Assembly: GCA_009103225.1 (NCBI GenBank)
Contig: RHPI01001116.1
Span: 887,267 to 951,266, forward strand
DNA from: Chlorokybus atmophyticus
Lineage: Eukaryota > Plantae > Mesostigma and Chlorokybus algae
Length of the DNA stretch: 64,000 bases
Reading direction: 5' to 3'
Each line of letters opens with the position of its first letter. Position 1 is the first letter of the stretch. Shown here piece after piece: positions 1 to 13,272 of the stretch. Under the pieces are notes generated by a model. It ran no database searches, had not been told where the DNA came from, and saw only the letters and a program-made list of their open reading frames with translations. Position numbers and translations under genes: made by a program.

Positions 1-1942
1 CGGTGGCAGACTGTTTGCTGGCCTGCAGGGCTCTTGCCACCGCCTCTTCGTCCTCCTACTCCGCTGTTGAAAGGCCTGTCCAGCATGCAGCCACGCACAT
101 GCGAGCCGTCAAAGAGCGTGGCTTCAAGCAAAGGGGGGCGCAGTTCACCTCCGCAGCACGACGGTTACCCATCAACAACCTCACAACGTGAGCTCAGCTG
201 TGTGTATGTCTCAGTTATGTTAATGTGGTTGTTCACACATGACATGTGCATTTCAAACAAATTCAAGCAAAGTTAGATGAAAGTGCATTGCATTTGCTTT
301 CTGATGAAAGCTGAAGTGGCAGCTGTTACTATCATGCTTACATACCTGAAAGCGTTGCTTTTGACCGGTAATGCCAGAGTGCGTGTAAGCTTTTGTGTTC
401 AATCTCTTCATATTGTCATGCAGGCGTGCTTCTGTCAATGATGCGGTTGCAACAGATGCGCAAGAAGCGGACTTCACCATCTCCGCAGATGACCCCAAGG
501 TATGGAACTGTTCTTTCTTAGCACCTGAGGTTGCCGAGGCAGATTTGTACAGTGCAAGCTTTGTAAGTAAATTTGTCATTTGAAGGCTATGGCTGTGCAA
601 TGATTGTGGTTGTCTCCTGAAATGGGGTTATCAATGGTCATTGACACTGTTCATGCTGTTGATTATGTCTTGACGTGGTGCATGCACAGCCTGTGGTGAT
701 GATTGACCACGTGACGGACCCGCACCACACGGTTATCACGATTGCTTTCGGCGACCGCCTTGGAGCACTCCTCGACACCGTTGCCGCCATGGAACGTGTT
801 GGCCTCAACGTAGCCCGCGCAACGGTGCGTGCATGCATGCTTGCTAATGCATGTGCATGTCAACTTGCGTGTGTCTATGTGCCATGTATTCGCACACATG
901 CGCGCATGAGTGCGTGTGTGTGTAACCAGAGACACCAACGTGTACACACGCACCCACACGTGCGCGCATATGTGCATGGGTACACGTGGGTACGTGCGGG
1001 TGTGTAGTGTGTGCGAGTATCAGATTGCTTGCTATGACTGACATTAGCATGGCGCTGGGTGTTATGTATGCAGGTGACTACCACAGACGCGAGGGGTCGC
1101 AATGTCTTTTATGTCACGAACCTGTACGGAGAGAAGCTGCACGACGTGGACAAGTTGGAGCAGATCAGGCAGACGATTATCAACAACATGCTCAAGTACC
1201 ATCCTGAGAGCAGCAAAAACCTGTCCAAGTCAAAACCGGCCAGGAAGGTGGGTTTCAGTTCAATCGCATAGCCTGTTGCACCATTGCTCTTTCCTTTTCT
1301 TCTACTCAGATGTTATGTGCTGCATTCCACTTGAGCTGTGTGATTGAGTACTTTGTTGTCACAGACTGCGACGGACATTCCGACTATGATATCTGTGTCC
1401 ATGCATCCTGACGGGACCTGCAGCATTCTGAAGGTGGGTGTTGTGCATCTCGTTTTGCTATTGTCAATACCAACAACAGTGCCTTGCTTCAGAAAACTTG
1501 CTTGTTGTCAGTCTAGCAGCTCAATGAACACTCTTTGTGCCTTGTGCTTCATCAGGTGCAAACTGCGGACAGGCCAGGGCTGCTGTTTGACATCACAAAG
1601 ACATTGAAAGAGATCAGTGTCAACATCTTGACAGCAGAGATTGACACGAAGGTGTGCACATTGCTTCACATAGGACATGTCACGACTGCTGCACTTTGGA
1701 GATCGACCTGATTGTGCTATGACCTCGTAATAGGGTCTGGTGGCCATGGACAAGTTTGAAGTCGAATATCGCGGGAGGGGTCTTCCGAAACCCATGGTGG
1801 AGGTCAGCTTATTATACTTATTTGTCCATTGTCATGATTTAACCTTCTCAGTTGCTAACTTGTGTTTATGTTGCAGCTGGTCACAAACTGCTTGCAGTAC
1901 TATCTGGACCTCACTGACATCGAGTCTGAGGAGTCGTACTAG
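1..1942 (+). CDS. ACR11/ACR12: ACT-domain repeat protein, ACR11/ACR12-like (5' end outside the window, 8 visible exons)
   Basis: Spliced exons give PVVMIDHVTDPHHTVITIAFGDRLGALLDTVAAMERVGLNV, IRQTIINNMLKYHPESS, VQTADRPGLLFDITKTLKEISVNILTAEIDT and a C-terminus LVTNCLQYYLDLTDIESEESY* (TAG 1940-1942). These match the two-ACT-domain plastid ACR11/12 pattern, and GT-AG junctions are in phase. Confidence 0.85.
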
Positions 1943-3268
1943 TCAATTGGTAGAGGTGTTGCCTGGAGCCGCTTCGTTGCAATATGGCGGCTACATGTAC
2001 AGTTGTTAATAAACATACCTGTATAAGATTGTGTGCACATGCACTGTTGCTAGCGCTGGCATTGCTTCATAATACGCATTTGCACGCACAGCGCACAACA
2101 AAACGCAAGGTCTTGGTATCTATTGCAGTTTTGTGCAAATTGCCTTGTCATTGTTGAATTCACCAGCAGCCTTTAGAAGCTGGCCCACATTGATGGGAAC
2201 AGATGATTGTGCGCGCTTCAGCAGTGATGTTGTGGTGCGCATCTGTCATGGGCATGAAATGTAAACTACCAGTTGCCAACAATGTGCCAACAATGGTTGC
2301 CATGCAGGTAGCTCATTATCAACACCACAATGTTCTGCTGCTGTCTCATTGTTGTCGTAGTCAGTCATCGCCGCTGTTGCTGCCGCTGCTTGTACCTTAA
2401 TTTTGCACAATGCCACTAGCCAGCCCTCGGGTGTATGCAGTGATATAGTTTGTTGCTTGTGGCTGGCTTGTGTAAGTGTGGAAATTCTTCAGCGCATTTG
2501 CGGATGTGTGGCGCAGCTTATTAGATAATTGTACCAATAGACTGTTGGCAACAGTTGGCAATCATACAAGTTGCAGTTGTAAGCGTCACGCCGCCACAAT
2601 TGGTGTTGGCGGCAAGTTCAGCACAGCCCGTGTGCAAGCCAGTGTGTCGTTCAGCAAACTTACATTGCAGGCACTCCGACATGCCATGAAGTTATGTTCT
2701 GAGTTATGATTGTCTGCCATTGCTCACAGGCTGCACAGGGCCAGGTACGAGGCACGGCAGTGTTCTGCCTGCTGTTGAAGAAGTGCTCAACTAGTTATCA
2801 CTTATGCACTTACCCCACGGCAGTTTTGTCAGCGACAAGCTGTACTTGATACTGAAGCACAGATGTAAGGTGGTGCACGGTGTCTAACACTCAGCTGCAA
2901 CAAGGAGGGGCACTGCTTGAACTCAACCCATACTTCCACAACCTAGATACTTCACCTCAACTGCTCCTCTCAATGTTTCCTGCCAAGCAACACGCATGTT
3001 GGCACAAATGTTTTACCTCGTTTGCTCAACCAAACTTCAGGAAACGCTTTCCGTACTGGTGTTGCGCAAGCCATGAATGAACTTCATAAATGGCAGCAAT
3101 CAAGACAACATGAAATTGCTGGTGTTGTGCAACCTTGCAAATAATGACAAGTAAGCGCTAATACAGGATGACCGTCAGCCACATGATGCAGTCTCAATAA
3201 TATGATACCTGGGAGACGCACACACACCTTGGCCATGCTTGAGCACGTCACCATTGTACCAGCATGCT

Positions 3269-5514
3269 TCAACCGTTAAACATTGCCATTGGGTAGCTGC
3301 CGAGCACGCGCAAGAATGGGGCAAACTCCTGATAACATATACGGAGCCACGCTGATTGTTTCTGAATCATTCAACTGACTACTATTCTGGCATTGAAACT
3401 TGCAGTACCTGCAGATGCCGTAGAGCGTTTTGCGCTCGCTGCTCACTCATGCTTGCCGCAAAATCAATGTAGAAGAGGTAATCAAAACGCCTGCACACAT
3501 AAATGATTGCATCAGTCGCCGCAAACCCCCAATCAGGACACCAATGGCCCTTCTTGCTTAGGATTGTGCAGACGGAGGTTAAACACTGTGAACGTCAGGC
3601 AGTTACCTTCCCATGTCACCGAGTGGGTCTGCACTGGTGTCGCGCAGGGGCTGAGTACGCAATGGGCGACTCTCAATCTGCGGTGCGCAAAGTGATATTA
3701 TGCTCTATAGTAAACTGCATGAGCAGAGCCTGCAACAATAATGACCAGCATGGCTCACCTTGGTAAGGTTAATATCTCGTAGAGCAAACGTTGAAAGGGC
3801 TTTGAACAAAGTTCCAGGGCCTTCCTCCAGCGAAAATACGATGCTGGTCTGCAAATACGCAACCATGCGTGAGGTCTGAGCACCTAACCACGCAGTCAAC
3901 ATGTATGGCCTCAGATGGGCATAGCAAGGCTGCCAATATGCCATAACACCAACCTTACACAACACATCTGGTCTCAAAGAGACGGGCTCTCGCGCTAACG
4001 CCAAGAACCGGGTAACGTTGCCTTCATCATCCTGAATATAACATCAAAAGCGAGCCACAAGTTAAGCTCAATAATTGGTAAAGAGTTGAACAAGATCAGG
4101 AAGCACAATATGCCAAGAGGACGCCATACCTGTATGCCACTATCAAGGATATTGAGACCGTACAGCTTTGCAGCTCTTTCACTCGCAACTGCAGCTGCAT
4201 CTCTCAAACCCTCTCGGGCTATGAACTGCATTGTTAGCGAGCACAGCTTTACAACAAGGCTGCCATCCATACAGTCGCACAGGCATAAAATGCAGTCACG
4301 CTCAAATACATGCAGAAAGCAACCCTTACTTGTGCCGAAGCAGCAGTGTCATGAGTAGCTTCTTTGGCAACATTCATCTTATCCAAATAGTCCTGCGTTT
4401 GCGCCAGCGCCTGCACCAGAACAACTAACATCACAATCAATTACAACCGACGTACTGGGCAACTTGAACAACGCTCACAACGGCATGACGCATGTGCCAC
4501 TCGCCACTCACACTGACATTTTCCCACAAGCTCCACTGACTGAAGACACTGCTTCCCACTTGGACAGTGTGTGCATCCACACACCTGCGGGTGGCTCATG
4601 ACTCGCCGGATGTCTTTCATCTCCACGCCGGGCAGGGCGAGGAGGCAGTGTTCAACGCGATGGTAGACCTCACCAACAATGTGGAGGCGGTGGCGCAGGA
4701 GAAGGTCATAGTTACGGTGTATGCTTCCGCCGAGGGAGTTCTCAATGGGTAGGACAGCCCTGTCAACCATCCACTGCTCCACCGCCTGGAAAGCCTCCTC
4801 GAACTGGTCGCACGGAACCGCCTCACCGCTAGGGTACGCATCCATTGCAGCAGCCTCGCTGTACGCACCAGGCACGCCCTGGTATGCAACGCGCAGCTGC
4901 GTGGAAGAAAACTTGCTCGACAGCGATGGTGGCTGCTGCGGTGGTGGCTTCGCTGCTGAGAAACATTACCACAAAAAGGGGGGAGAAAAGGGTCATGATT
5001 CTGTGTCAACACGACCTGCATTGCATGCGTCTGCAGGTGCATTATCATGGGGCAAGCAAGCGCATCGTTGGCAATGCACCAGCGTACAGGTTATGCATTG
5101 CATGCATAACGCACGTGTCCAAGCATTGAAGCATGAGTCTTTTCAGAGCTGTTTGGTTGAGCTACCAAAGACAAGAAGACACAACTCGGTGCTGTACAGG
5201 CGCATTGCATGCAGATGACAAGCAATGCTGTTACCTTCTTTAACATCTTTGGTGGTGGGGGAAGTGGAGGAGGAGGAGGAGGAGGCAGAGGCGGTGGAGG
5301 CGGAGGCGCGGGCGGCGGCGAGCAGCAGCTCGGTGCTGTCCCTTGTGGTGAAGGTGGCGGCCCCGCCCATGGAGACTGCCCTAGAGGCCACCGGCGACGC
5401 CGGCGGCGCTACCCTTACGGAGGCCGGCAACGGCCTGGCGCCGCTCTGACGCCAGCGGCCATGCCCATTGGCACACGCCTGCGCCACCGCCACCGCCGCT
5501 GCCGCCGACGACAT
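3269..5514 (-). CDS. ADT: Arogenate/prephenate dehydratase with N-terminal transit-peptide-like region (multi-exon)
   Basis: Exons encode [114 protein letters not shown] and [14 protein letters not shown]. The N-terminus is Ala/Ser/Arg-rich. Confidence 0.95.
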
Positions 5515-6504
5515 GCTGGATGCCCGCAACAACATGCACAACAGCAACCCTCACAACTCTAACCCTAAGGTGGATCTGGACTGTGCTTTCCTGCTCTGAA
5601 CCGTTTCGTTAGACTCCAGCTAAGCTCTCTCACGGTCCTGTGCTGGAGTGAGTGACGTGGCGCCCGCTTAGGGGAGCTGCTTCGCAGCAGCGGCGGCGGC
5701 GTGGGCCGGCGGTGGGACAGGAGCACTGCGGACGTTGATATTTGTCGTATGGGAACAAAATTCAGCGTGGACTTGTTGCTCGGTGAGCTCACTAGTTGTC
5801 GGCGATGTGAAGCCATTGGCACCAAGGCGCTTTACTGTCTACTGTTGTGCTACAAGCAATGTCGTTGAGCACTTCCAACCTGCTAATTGCCGCTGGTTTC
5901 TGTCCTCTGCATTCTTGATCGCACAATTTGCTCATGAGCTAGCGCATGCTGGCTGACTGATTGACATGCAAAACGTGCTAAGCAGCGTAAGCCGACACGC
6001 AATTGTTAAATTTGTTTGTTTCGCATGCAGGTTTACAGAGCTAAAACTCTTAGTCAAAAGTTGCTTCATACTGGCCTGAGATAGCACAGCGTTTTGGCGT
6101 AGCGTACGTTGGTTCCCAAACTGTACAAGTGGTCAGTGGCGAAGTGTAGAACACACTGATTCGTAAGGTGGCTGCTGTTCGTATCCTCCTCATGTCAAGC
6201 TAGTTGACAATAAGCGCTACCGTCCTGTCATGCACCAGGTGATTGACGCTGGGTTCCTTCTTGCAAGCACGTATGCTGAGCGCTTGCTGTGACAGTCACC
6301 AACTGGTTGTTTGTGTTGCTGTGTGTGAGAGTCTGACTGAACAAGCGATGCAGCTGCGGGCGATCAACAGTGCGGAGCTGTGCATGGCAAGCGTTCCCCA
6401 ATAACCCATTACTTGATTGGCGCGACAGCACTGCGTATACAGTTCACAACCACACAACCAACACACAATCAACAACCACTGCAACAACACCACACCGCAG
6501 CAGG

Positions 6505-9500
6505 ATGGCGCTGCCAGCTGCAGTGCTCTATTGCACGCCCGCGCTGCAATCAGTTCCAAGACTGCGCCTGAACAATAATCATCACCGGCAGCAAGATGAC
6601 AGGCGGCAGCTGCCGCGGTCTTTGCCGTGGCAGCTGCACAGACCAACTGTGAGGCAAGTTTGGAGAACAACACCGGGAAGACATGTGCGGCCATGCATGT
6701 GCAGTGCAGCGTCCTCAGCAGCATCACCATCGAAGTCGGATTGGTTTTCTTTTGAGGAGTTCTCGCAAGACAACAATCAAAGAGAAAAAGCTGAGGCGAT
6801 GCCTGATTTGCCGCCAGTCCCCGCCTCCGGACACATTCTGGAAGTGCTGCCTTTCCTCTGGCGGGTGGTAGTGTCCAACCGCAAGTCTTTGTCCTTGATG
6901 GTGCTGGCTTTCGTCCTGCTGGCTGCCTCAAAGGTACAGACAGTTACTTGTGTAGTGTGCCCAGAGACCTTTGCTTACCATGTTTCTTGCGCTTGCCTAC
7001 TACTTACTTCTTACAATATCTGCTTTCAATTGCAATTTGTGTGCAGGCGCTTGGGTTGGCGGTACCCCTATTGTTCAAAAGAGCTGTGGACACCCTTACG
7101 ACGGGGAAGTATGCTACTATACAGGCCGCAGCTGCAATGGCTGTCAAGATTTTAGCGCTGTCAGGGCTATGCAAGGCGCTGAAGCAGATCTGTAGCGAGC
7201 TGCGCAATGTAGTCTTTGCCCCAGTAAGCAGATGTGTTGCACCAAGTGATACTTAGCATGCTAAGACTGCTACTTGCGACAAGGTTCTGTTTTGGTTACC
7301 AGGCTGGTTACTGAATTCGGATGTGGCAGGTTGGCCAAGAAGCTGGTAGGCAGGTGTCCAGGCATGTCTTCAGTCACGTATTGGCGCTGGATATGCACTT
7401 CCATCTGGACAGAAGGACTGGGGAGTTGGCAAAGACGATAGATCGCGGCATTCGCAGTGTGTCCATGGTAAGCACTGTGGTTGCTGTAAAACGCAAGCAC
7501 ACACGCAAGCAGCGCACATGTGTATGGTTGCACTCACGAGTGCTGCTGATATTATCAGCATTGTGTGTAGCTACTTGCAAATTGGCGCGTACGGTTTGCT
7601 GTACTGCGAGTGCTGACGTCCATTGACCACAATCTTGGTGCTGTGTGCCCAATTGCGCCAGTGGCAGTTTGTGAGAAACTGTTGATCAACCTTCTTGGCG
7701 GCGTTGGATGCAGATTTTACGAGCGGTCATATTTACTCTGATGCCTACAGTCCTGGAGTTGGGCCTGGTCTGCGCACTGCTCATGCGCGATTTCAACCCA
7801 AACTTCACAGGAGCTGTGCTCCTCACCTTTGCAGCGTATGTGACATTCACCATCCATGTGACAGGCTTGGCCACAGTACGCCGAAAACAGGTGTGGTACT
7901 CTAGCTTACTGCTTGCCGTCATGCATTGCAACAGTTGCTTTAAGAATAACAATATTGTTGCTCTGCAGGTCAAGACTTTGGACAACATGGTAACCAGCAA
8001 GGCTGTGGATGCGCTGTTGAACATTGAGACCTTGGCCCAGGTAGATGTTGAGGCTGAGTTTGAGCTTTGTGCCGCTGTTGCATTGGAGTTGTTATAATGA
8101 AGACACTTACAGACGTGACAACGTGGGTTCTCAGTTCAACAACCAGGATTTGGAGCAGCGCAGCTATGACAGGTTGCTGGAAAGGTATCAGAAGGAGGCG
8201 GTCAAGCTGGAGCACATCAGCGCCTTGCTTAACGCCGGGCAGTCCCTTATCCTGTCTGTGGGTGTGGCATCTGTTATGGTGATGGCAGCACATGGGGTAA
8301 GTTTATGCGCACTCTCTCTTAGTTGTCAAGGGCACGCACATAACCGGCTGCAGCTTATGCAACCAGTCCAAGTAGGTTCATACACTGCAAAGCGTATCAC
8401 GCAGGTTGTGTGGCAGGAGGGTGCATTGAGCTTGAGCCTGATGTTTTTCTGCTGGTACAGGTTGGGCAGGGTGTTATGACAGTTGGTGACTTGGTGATGG
8501 CCAACGGCTTGCTGTTGCAGCTGTGGGAACCTCTGAACTTCCTGGGGTACTTTTACCGCGAGCTGCGTACCGCGCTTGTGTACATGGAGGACATGTTCAA
8601 GATATTGGCCACGAAGAGTAGTATTGTGGATGGAACCCAAACACTCGAAAGAAAGCCAGAAGGCGCTCATCTGCTCATCAAGGATGTCCGCTTCGGGTCA
8701 GTCCTTTACAGGCCTAATCCAGTGCATTCAGTATACCACCTTTGTGGCACGTAAAACTCATCGCCTGTTGATGGTTGCAGGTACAACCCCAATAGGGAGA
8801 TCTTGCATGGTGTTTCAATAGAGGCCAAGAGTGGTGAGAGCATTGCTCTGGTTGGGCACTCTGGTTCGGGGAAGAGCACCGTTGTGAAGCTGTTGCTCAG
8901 ACTGTATGACGTCAATGAGGGGGAGATCCTCATCGATGGTGAGGATGTACGCAACCTCACCATCGCATCCTTGCGAGACGCCGCGGCTGTCGTGCCTCAA
9001 GACACAGTGCTTTTCAATGACACCATCTACAACAATGTGAGTTGATTCTGCAGCATGACTTAGTACTGCGCATAGCAGAATGTCAGGCCTCATTGACCCA
9101 ATGTTACATATGATGCTGAGGGTTGATCTGCTCTGTCATAAACAGATCGAGTATGGAAAGCCAGGTGCTTCGAGGGCAGACGTCATCAACGCTGCCAGAA
9201 TGGCGCGGTTGCACGATACTATCATGGGCATGCCTGATGGGTACGCTACGAGTGATGTTGCATCCTCACACATTTCATGGTACCTGTCAGTCTGCTTTGC
9301 TTGTGCTGATAATGAGTCTGTGCTGCAGGTATGACACGATGGTGGGCGAAAGGGGGCTGAAGCTTAGCGGGGGTGAGAAGCAGCGGGTGGCCATCGCAAG
9401 AGCGTTTCTGAAGAAGCCGCGTTTGCTTATATGTGACGAGGCTACGAGCGCGCTGGACACGGCCACGGAGTCGGGGATTATCGCTTCACTGCGGGAGCTC

Positions 9501-9979
9501 GCTGCGGGCCGCACGTGCCTCTTCGTGGCCCATCGGCTGTCCACCATCATGCACTGCAACCGCATCATCGTCATGGAGGGTGGCTTGGTATGTTGTATTG
9601 GTGTGCAACATTGTTCGTGGCTTGTGTGTATGTTGCGCTCATTATGGACTGTGCTCTTGATTCTGTTGCCTCTGTGTTAGGTCATGGAAGAGGGCTCTCA
9701 TTCTGAGCTCATGGCTCGCAACGGCTTGTATGCACGCATGTGGGCCCTGCAGCAGTCTGAGGAAGCTGCAGAGACTGCCAAGCAAGCTGCTGAAGATGCT
9801 GTGCTCAACATGGTGTCACAGGTCAGGTTGTCTACGTCAAGTTTTGTGCATGTGTGTATTACTTGAGGAATGCGAGCTGAGATGTGCCTATTAACCAGGC
9901 TGCACGGCTTTCGGCTACCGGGGCTATTGATCTCAATGGAGTCGAGTCTGTGAGACAGTCACTTATCAATGGGCGTTGA
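6505..9979 (+). CDS. ATM1: Half-size ABCB transporter, ATM1/HMT1 type (multi-exon)
   Basis: TMD motif [36 protein letters not shown], Walker [10 protein letters not shown], signature [20 protein letters not shown], Walker [13 protein letters not shown] and H-loop VAHRLSTI. The last exon (to TGA at 9977-9979) is less certain; read-through to 9866 is an alternative. Confidence 0.9.
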
Positions 9980-10425
9980 AGGGTATCATTCTTGGAACGG
10001 CAAAAGACTTGTTTGAGTAGGTCGATTGGTTAATGCATGCGATTGCACTTCAATTTGTGATTATGAGCTTTACGTAAGGCTTGGGGTCCGCAAGTGTTGA
10101 ATACATGTTGATGGCATGAGATCTCTCTGCTACGTTTACTCCACCTGTGCCCACCGCTCAACCTTGGCAAGTAGCTTCTATTGCAGTGCACATGCAGATC
10201 TGGTCAAGCATGTTTATGTACACACCATCTTTGTCTCTACGATTCAGGCAGTCGGGTATTGCATGCATAGGCATTGGCATGTATACATACTATCGACATT
10301 ACTTCGTGTCCTGTACGTATGGCATTGTCAAATATAATGTACCCAAAAGCTGCTCTTGCCTCAAATGAGAGTTAGTTCTACACCATGCACAACAGAGTCA
10401 GTCGCAAACCCAGCTATCAGACATG

Positions 10426-11619
10426 CTAATAGTCCGCACTTCTCACGGCCTCTGCAGCAGCAGAAAGAAATCCCCAATGAAACCTCATGAGCTGTCGAAC
10501 AACATCTGTGCTGGGCTTGCTCTGGCTGCAGTCATGTGTGTCCGCAAACATTCTGATGAAGCGATGCCAGAGGTGGTAATCCTCATAATGTGCAAACCAG
10601 ACGCCTTCCTCATGCAACCTCTGTGCCTCATCCTCATGTTCAGCCTGCAATTCCGCCAGATCGTACTCCAAAGCTGGGACGCCAGGCCTCTCAACAATGA
10701 CTCTCGTGCGTAAAGCTGGTGCAACAGGGGCCTCAACTTCTAGAATGCTCTGGATGGCGCCTGGCGTGATGAACACGCAATCGTGGGGCGCGTCCTCACC
10801 ACCTGCACCACCTACACCACACACTTGCGGGAGGAGTATTTCGACTTGATACCGCCCCATCACACGCACTTGAAGCAGCGAATCATCAATCCCGTATAGT
10901 GGACACGCGTGCGCACGGCCAATCATGGCCACTTGAAGCTGAGACAAAGCCACCTGGATGCTTTCTTCAGACATGGGGTAGAAGGTGATCCCGCAGGGGC
11001 AGCCGAGGCAAAGACTTTTCAGCCTCGTCTTGTTGAGATCCATTTTGACCGGAAAGGCGCTCATGTGCGTGAAGGTCTCCAACATGTGGAGTTTCCCCAA
11101 ACCCAACACGCGAACCTCCTCTTTCTCAGGCCGCACCTTAAAGTCATCGTCATCAACACTGACACTATACGCACGGATGTGAAGGTGACGGTGCAGGTCC
11201 AACGCCAGGTGCTTAATGTTGGTGTAGTTTAGGGGGGTGAAGTCAATGTTGTAGCGGTCGGGCACGTTGCACGTCGCGCGCTCGAGTCGAATAGAGAGAT
11301 GTTGTATCGTGTAACAATAGGCGCATTCGCGAATCAATTGCCCAATCGGGTCCAATGTTGGGTTGAGATGAAAGGGTTTGAACACGACTGCGAGAGCAGT
11401 CAGCCGCGGCATCTGATTTATACAACTCCACTTGTCAAGGCATGTAACGGGATCGGTCACAACGACAGTCAACTCGCGCACGTACAAGCGCGCGGAAGAG
11501 CCACATACAGCCACGAACTCCTCGGCTGTGCATTGGACGCGCCATGGCGCAAGCTTAATCAAGTCTCGCACTTTGTCGCGCGCCTGGCGGCATACTTCTA
11601 CTAGACTCGCGCCATCAAC
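10426..11619 (-). CDS. Large terminal exon (~397 codons) of an uncharacterised protein, possibly with a degenerate F-box-like start; upstream exons probably lie within 11.7-12.4 kb
   Basis: Stop-free 1.2-kb frame preceded by an acceptor (TTACAG|GTTGAT). SLVEVCRQARDKV resembles the end of an F-box, followed by LxL-rich segments. A paralogous C-terminus at 13108-13272 supports a real coding frame. Confidence 0.6.
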   Translation of the reverse strand, partial: VDGASLVEVCRQARDKVRDLIKLAPWRVQCTAEEFVAVCGSSARLYVRELTVVVTDPVTCLDKWSCINQMPRLTALAVVFKPFHLNPTLDPIGQLIRECAYCYTIQHLSIRLERATCNVPDRYNIDFTPLNYTNIKHLALDLHRHLHIRAYSVSVDDDDFKVRPEKEEVRVLGLGKLHMLETFTHMSAFPVKMDLNKTRLKSLCLGCPCGITFYPMSEESIQVALSQLQVAMIGRAHACPLYGIDDSLLQVRVMGRYQVEILLPQVCGVGGAGGEDAPHDCVFITPGAIQSILEVEAPVAPALRTRVIVERPGVPALEYDLAELQAEHEDEAQRLHEEGVWFAHYEDYHLWHRFIRMFADTHDCSQSKPSTDVVRQLMRFHWGFLSAAAEAVRSADY

Positions 11620-13107
11620 CTGTAACATCAGCACAAACCAAACATAGACTCAGTCATTCTGTCAGTGTGCTGTTGTGCTTTAATCGACATGCACACATGC
11701 ATATGCAAATATACACTCGCACCGAACAGCACAGCAGCATGCTTTGAGCCGCTTTTGCCTCAATGCAAAGAATGAATATGGGAGTGGTGAGATGATGTGT
11801 ACCTGGTCTAGCCCTCCGTGTTCGCTAAGCAACTCAAGGACATCAACCAACTGCGCTCTTCTGTTGCTGCCTGCGGAGTCAAAACCAAGATGTGTTGCGT
11901 AGGCAGGCTGTCTTTCATACAAGGGTGTCACTACATGTGTTGACATGAGAGACAACTGCATGACATTGCAACAGTGGTTGAGACGAAACAGCCGTCCTTA
12001 GCGCATGCTCAACCACAACAGAAAGCTCTCATGGATGAAGCACACGCCTGCAATACGGGCAGAAGGCAAGCAGCTCTCAAGAAACAGAGAGAAGAGCCTT
12101 CAAGTCCGACAAGAGCATGCACAAACAGTCACTTGCAAGTGCAGAATGCACCCAACTCGGAAAGCATAGAAAACACCAGGCAGACAAGGTGATACAACAA
12201 GGGCCCTCACTTGGCAACTCCTTCTTCTGCTTGACGACAACGACGACTCCCTGGCCGCTGGCATGCACGTCGGCAGCCCCGCCGTCCCTGGTGACCGGCT
12301 GCACCTGCTTGTCCATATCCGGGTCACTGTCCGTATGAATGTCCATGGGCATGGCCGTGTCCATGTCCATGTCCTCCGCCTCGTCCTGCGCAGTCGCCGC
12401 CTGTGTGCGTGTGTGTCCGACCAAGAGATGTATATACGCACTAGCGTAACATGTCGCTGCGCCTGACAGATAATTCTGCTGATATCAACATCTCAGACGC
12501 AGATGTCTGAGCATATTGTTGAAGTCGCCAGCCTGCACGTGTGTCACGCGGCGACGCTTCAGAAGCTTCGCCACACATGTCACGTGATGTGGTGCAGGTA
12601 CCAAACGGGCACGAGTCCAGTCGCTGATTGCAGTAGCTGGGCATCGGCGCAATCCCTCAAGAGACTCACAGGACTTACTTGACATGACGTTCACCAATAC
12701 ATGATTGTACATACCGTATTTGTGCAGATACCACCCATCCCGGAATTTGGTGGGGGGGGTTTTATTCGCACAAAGACGGTACAGAGTTTTAAACCTTAAC
12801 TTTGTGAATGTGAAGAAAACTTGACTTATTATTTATGCAATGCAGCACAAGCTTTAACTTCACATTCAATACAACAATGTGCATTCATGTGTAAAGCTTT
12901 ATGAAAATGTGCTTCCTGCACATCATTCGTATTGAGTCACATTAACAATGATCATCATGATGTTATTAAGACCATCAACGGTCCCGACATACATGCTTAC
13001 AAAAATTGATTTATAATGTCATTGTACATTACAAACCATGAGTTGATGGCTCGTTAGGTAATAACCATTGTACAACATGTTACATCTCCAACACAAAGCG
13101 GTCAAGT

Positions 13108-13272
13108 TATGAGGATCACCAGCTCTGGCACCACTTCGTTAAAACGTTGATGGACACGCATGGCTCCAGCCAGAGCAAGTTCGAAACAATTACTACTCGA
13201 AGTTTTATGAAGTTCCATTGGGGTTTTCTGTTTGCTGCTGCAGAGGCCGTGAGAAGCGAAGTAGGTCATTAA
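13108..13272 (+). pseudogene. Inverted paralogous fragment of the C-terminus of the 10426-11619 gene
   Basis: Encodes YEDHQLWHHFVKTLMDTHGSSQSKFETITTRSFMKFHWGFLFAAAEAVRSEVGH* versus YEDYHLWHRFIRMFADTHDCSQSKPSTDVVRQLMRFHWGFLSAAAEAVRSADY*. No recognisable upstream frame. Confidence 0.7.

Noticed and set aside
1-5514. Functional cluster of two ACT-domain amino-acid-metabolism genes (ACR and ADT)
   Set aside because: Convergent neighbours with no shared regulatory feature; adjacency is plausibly chance.
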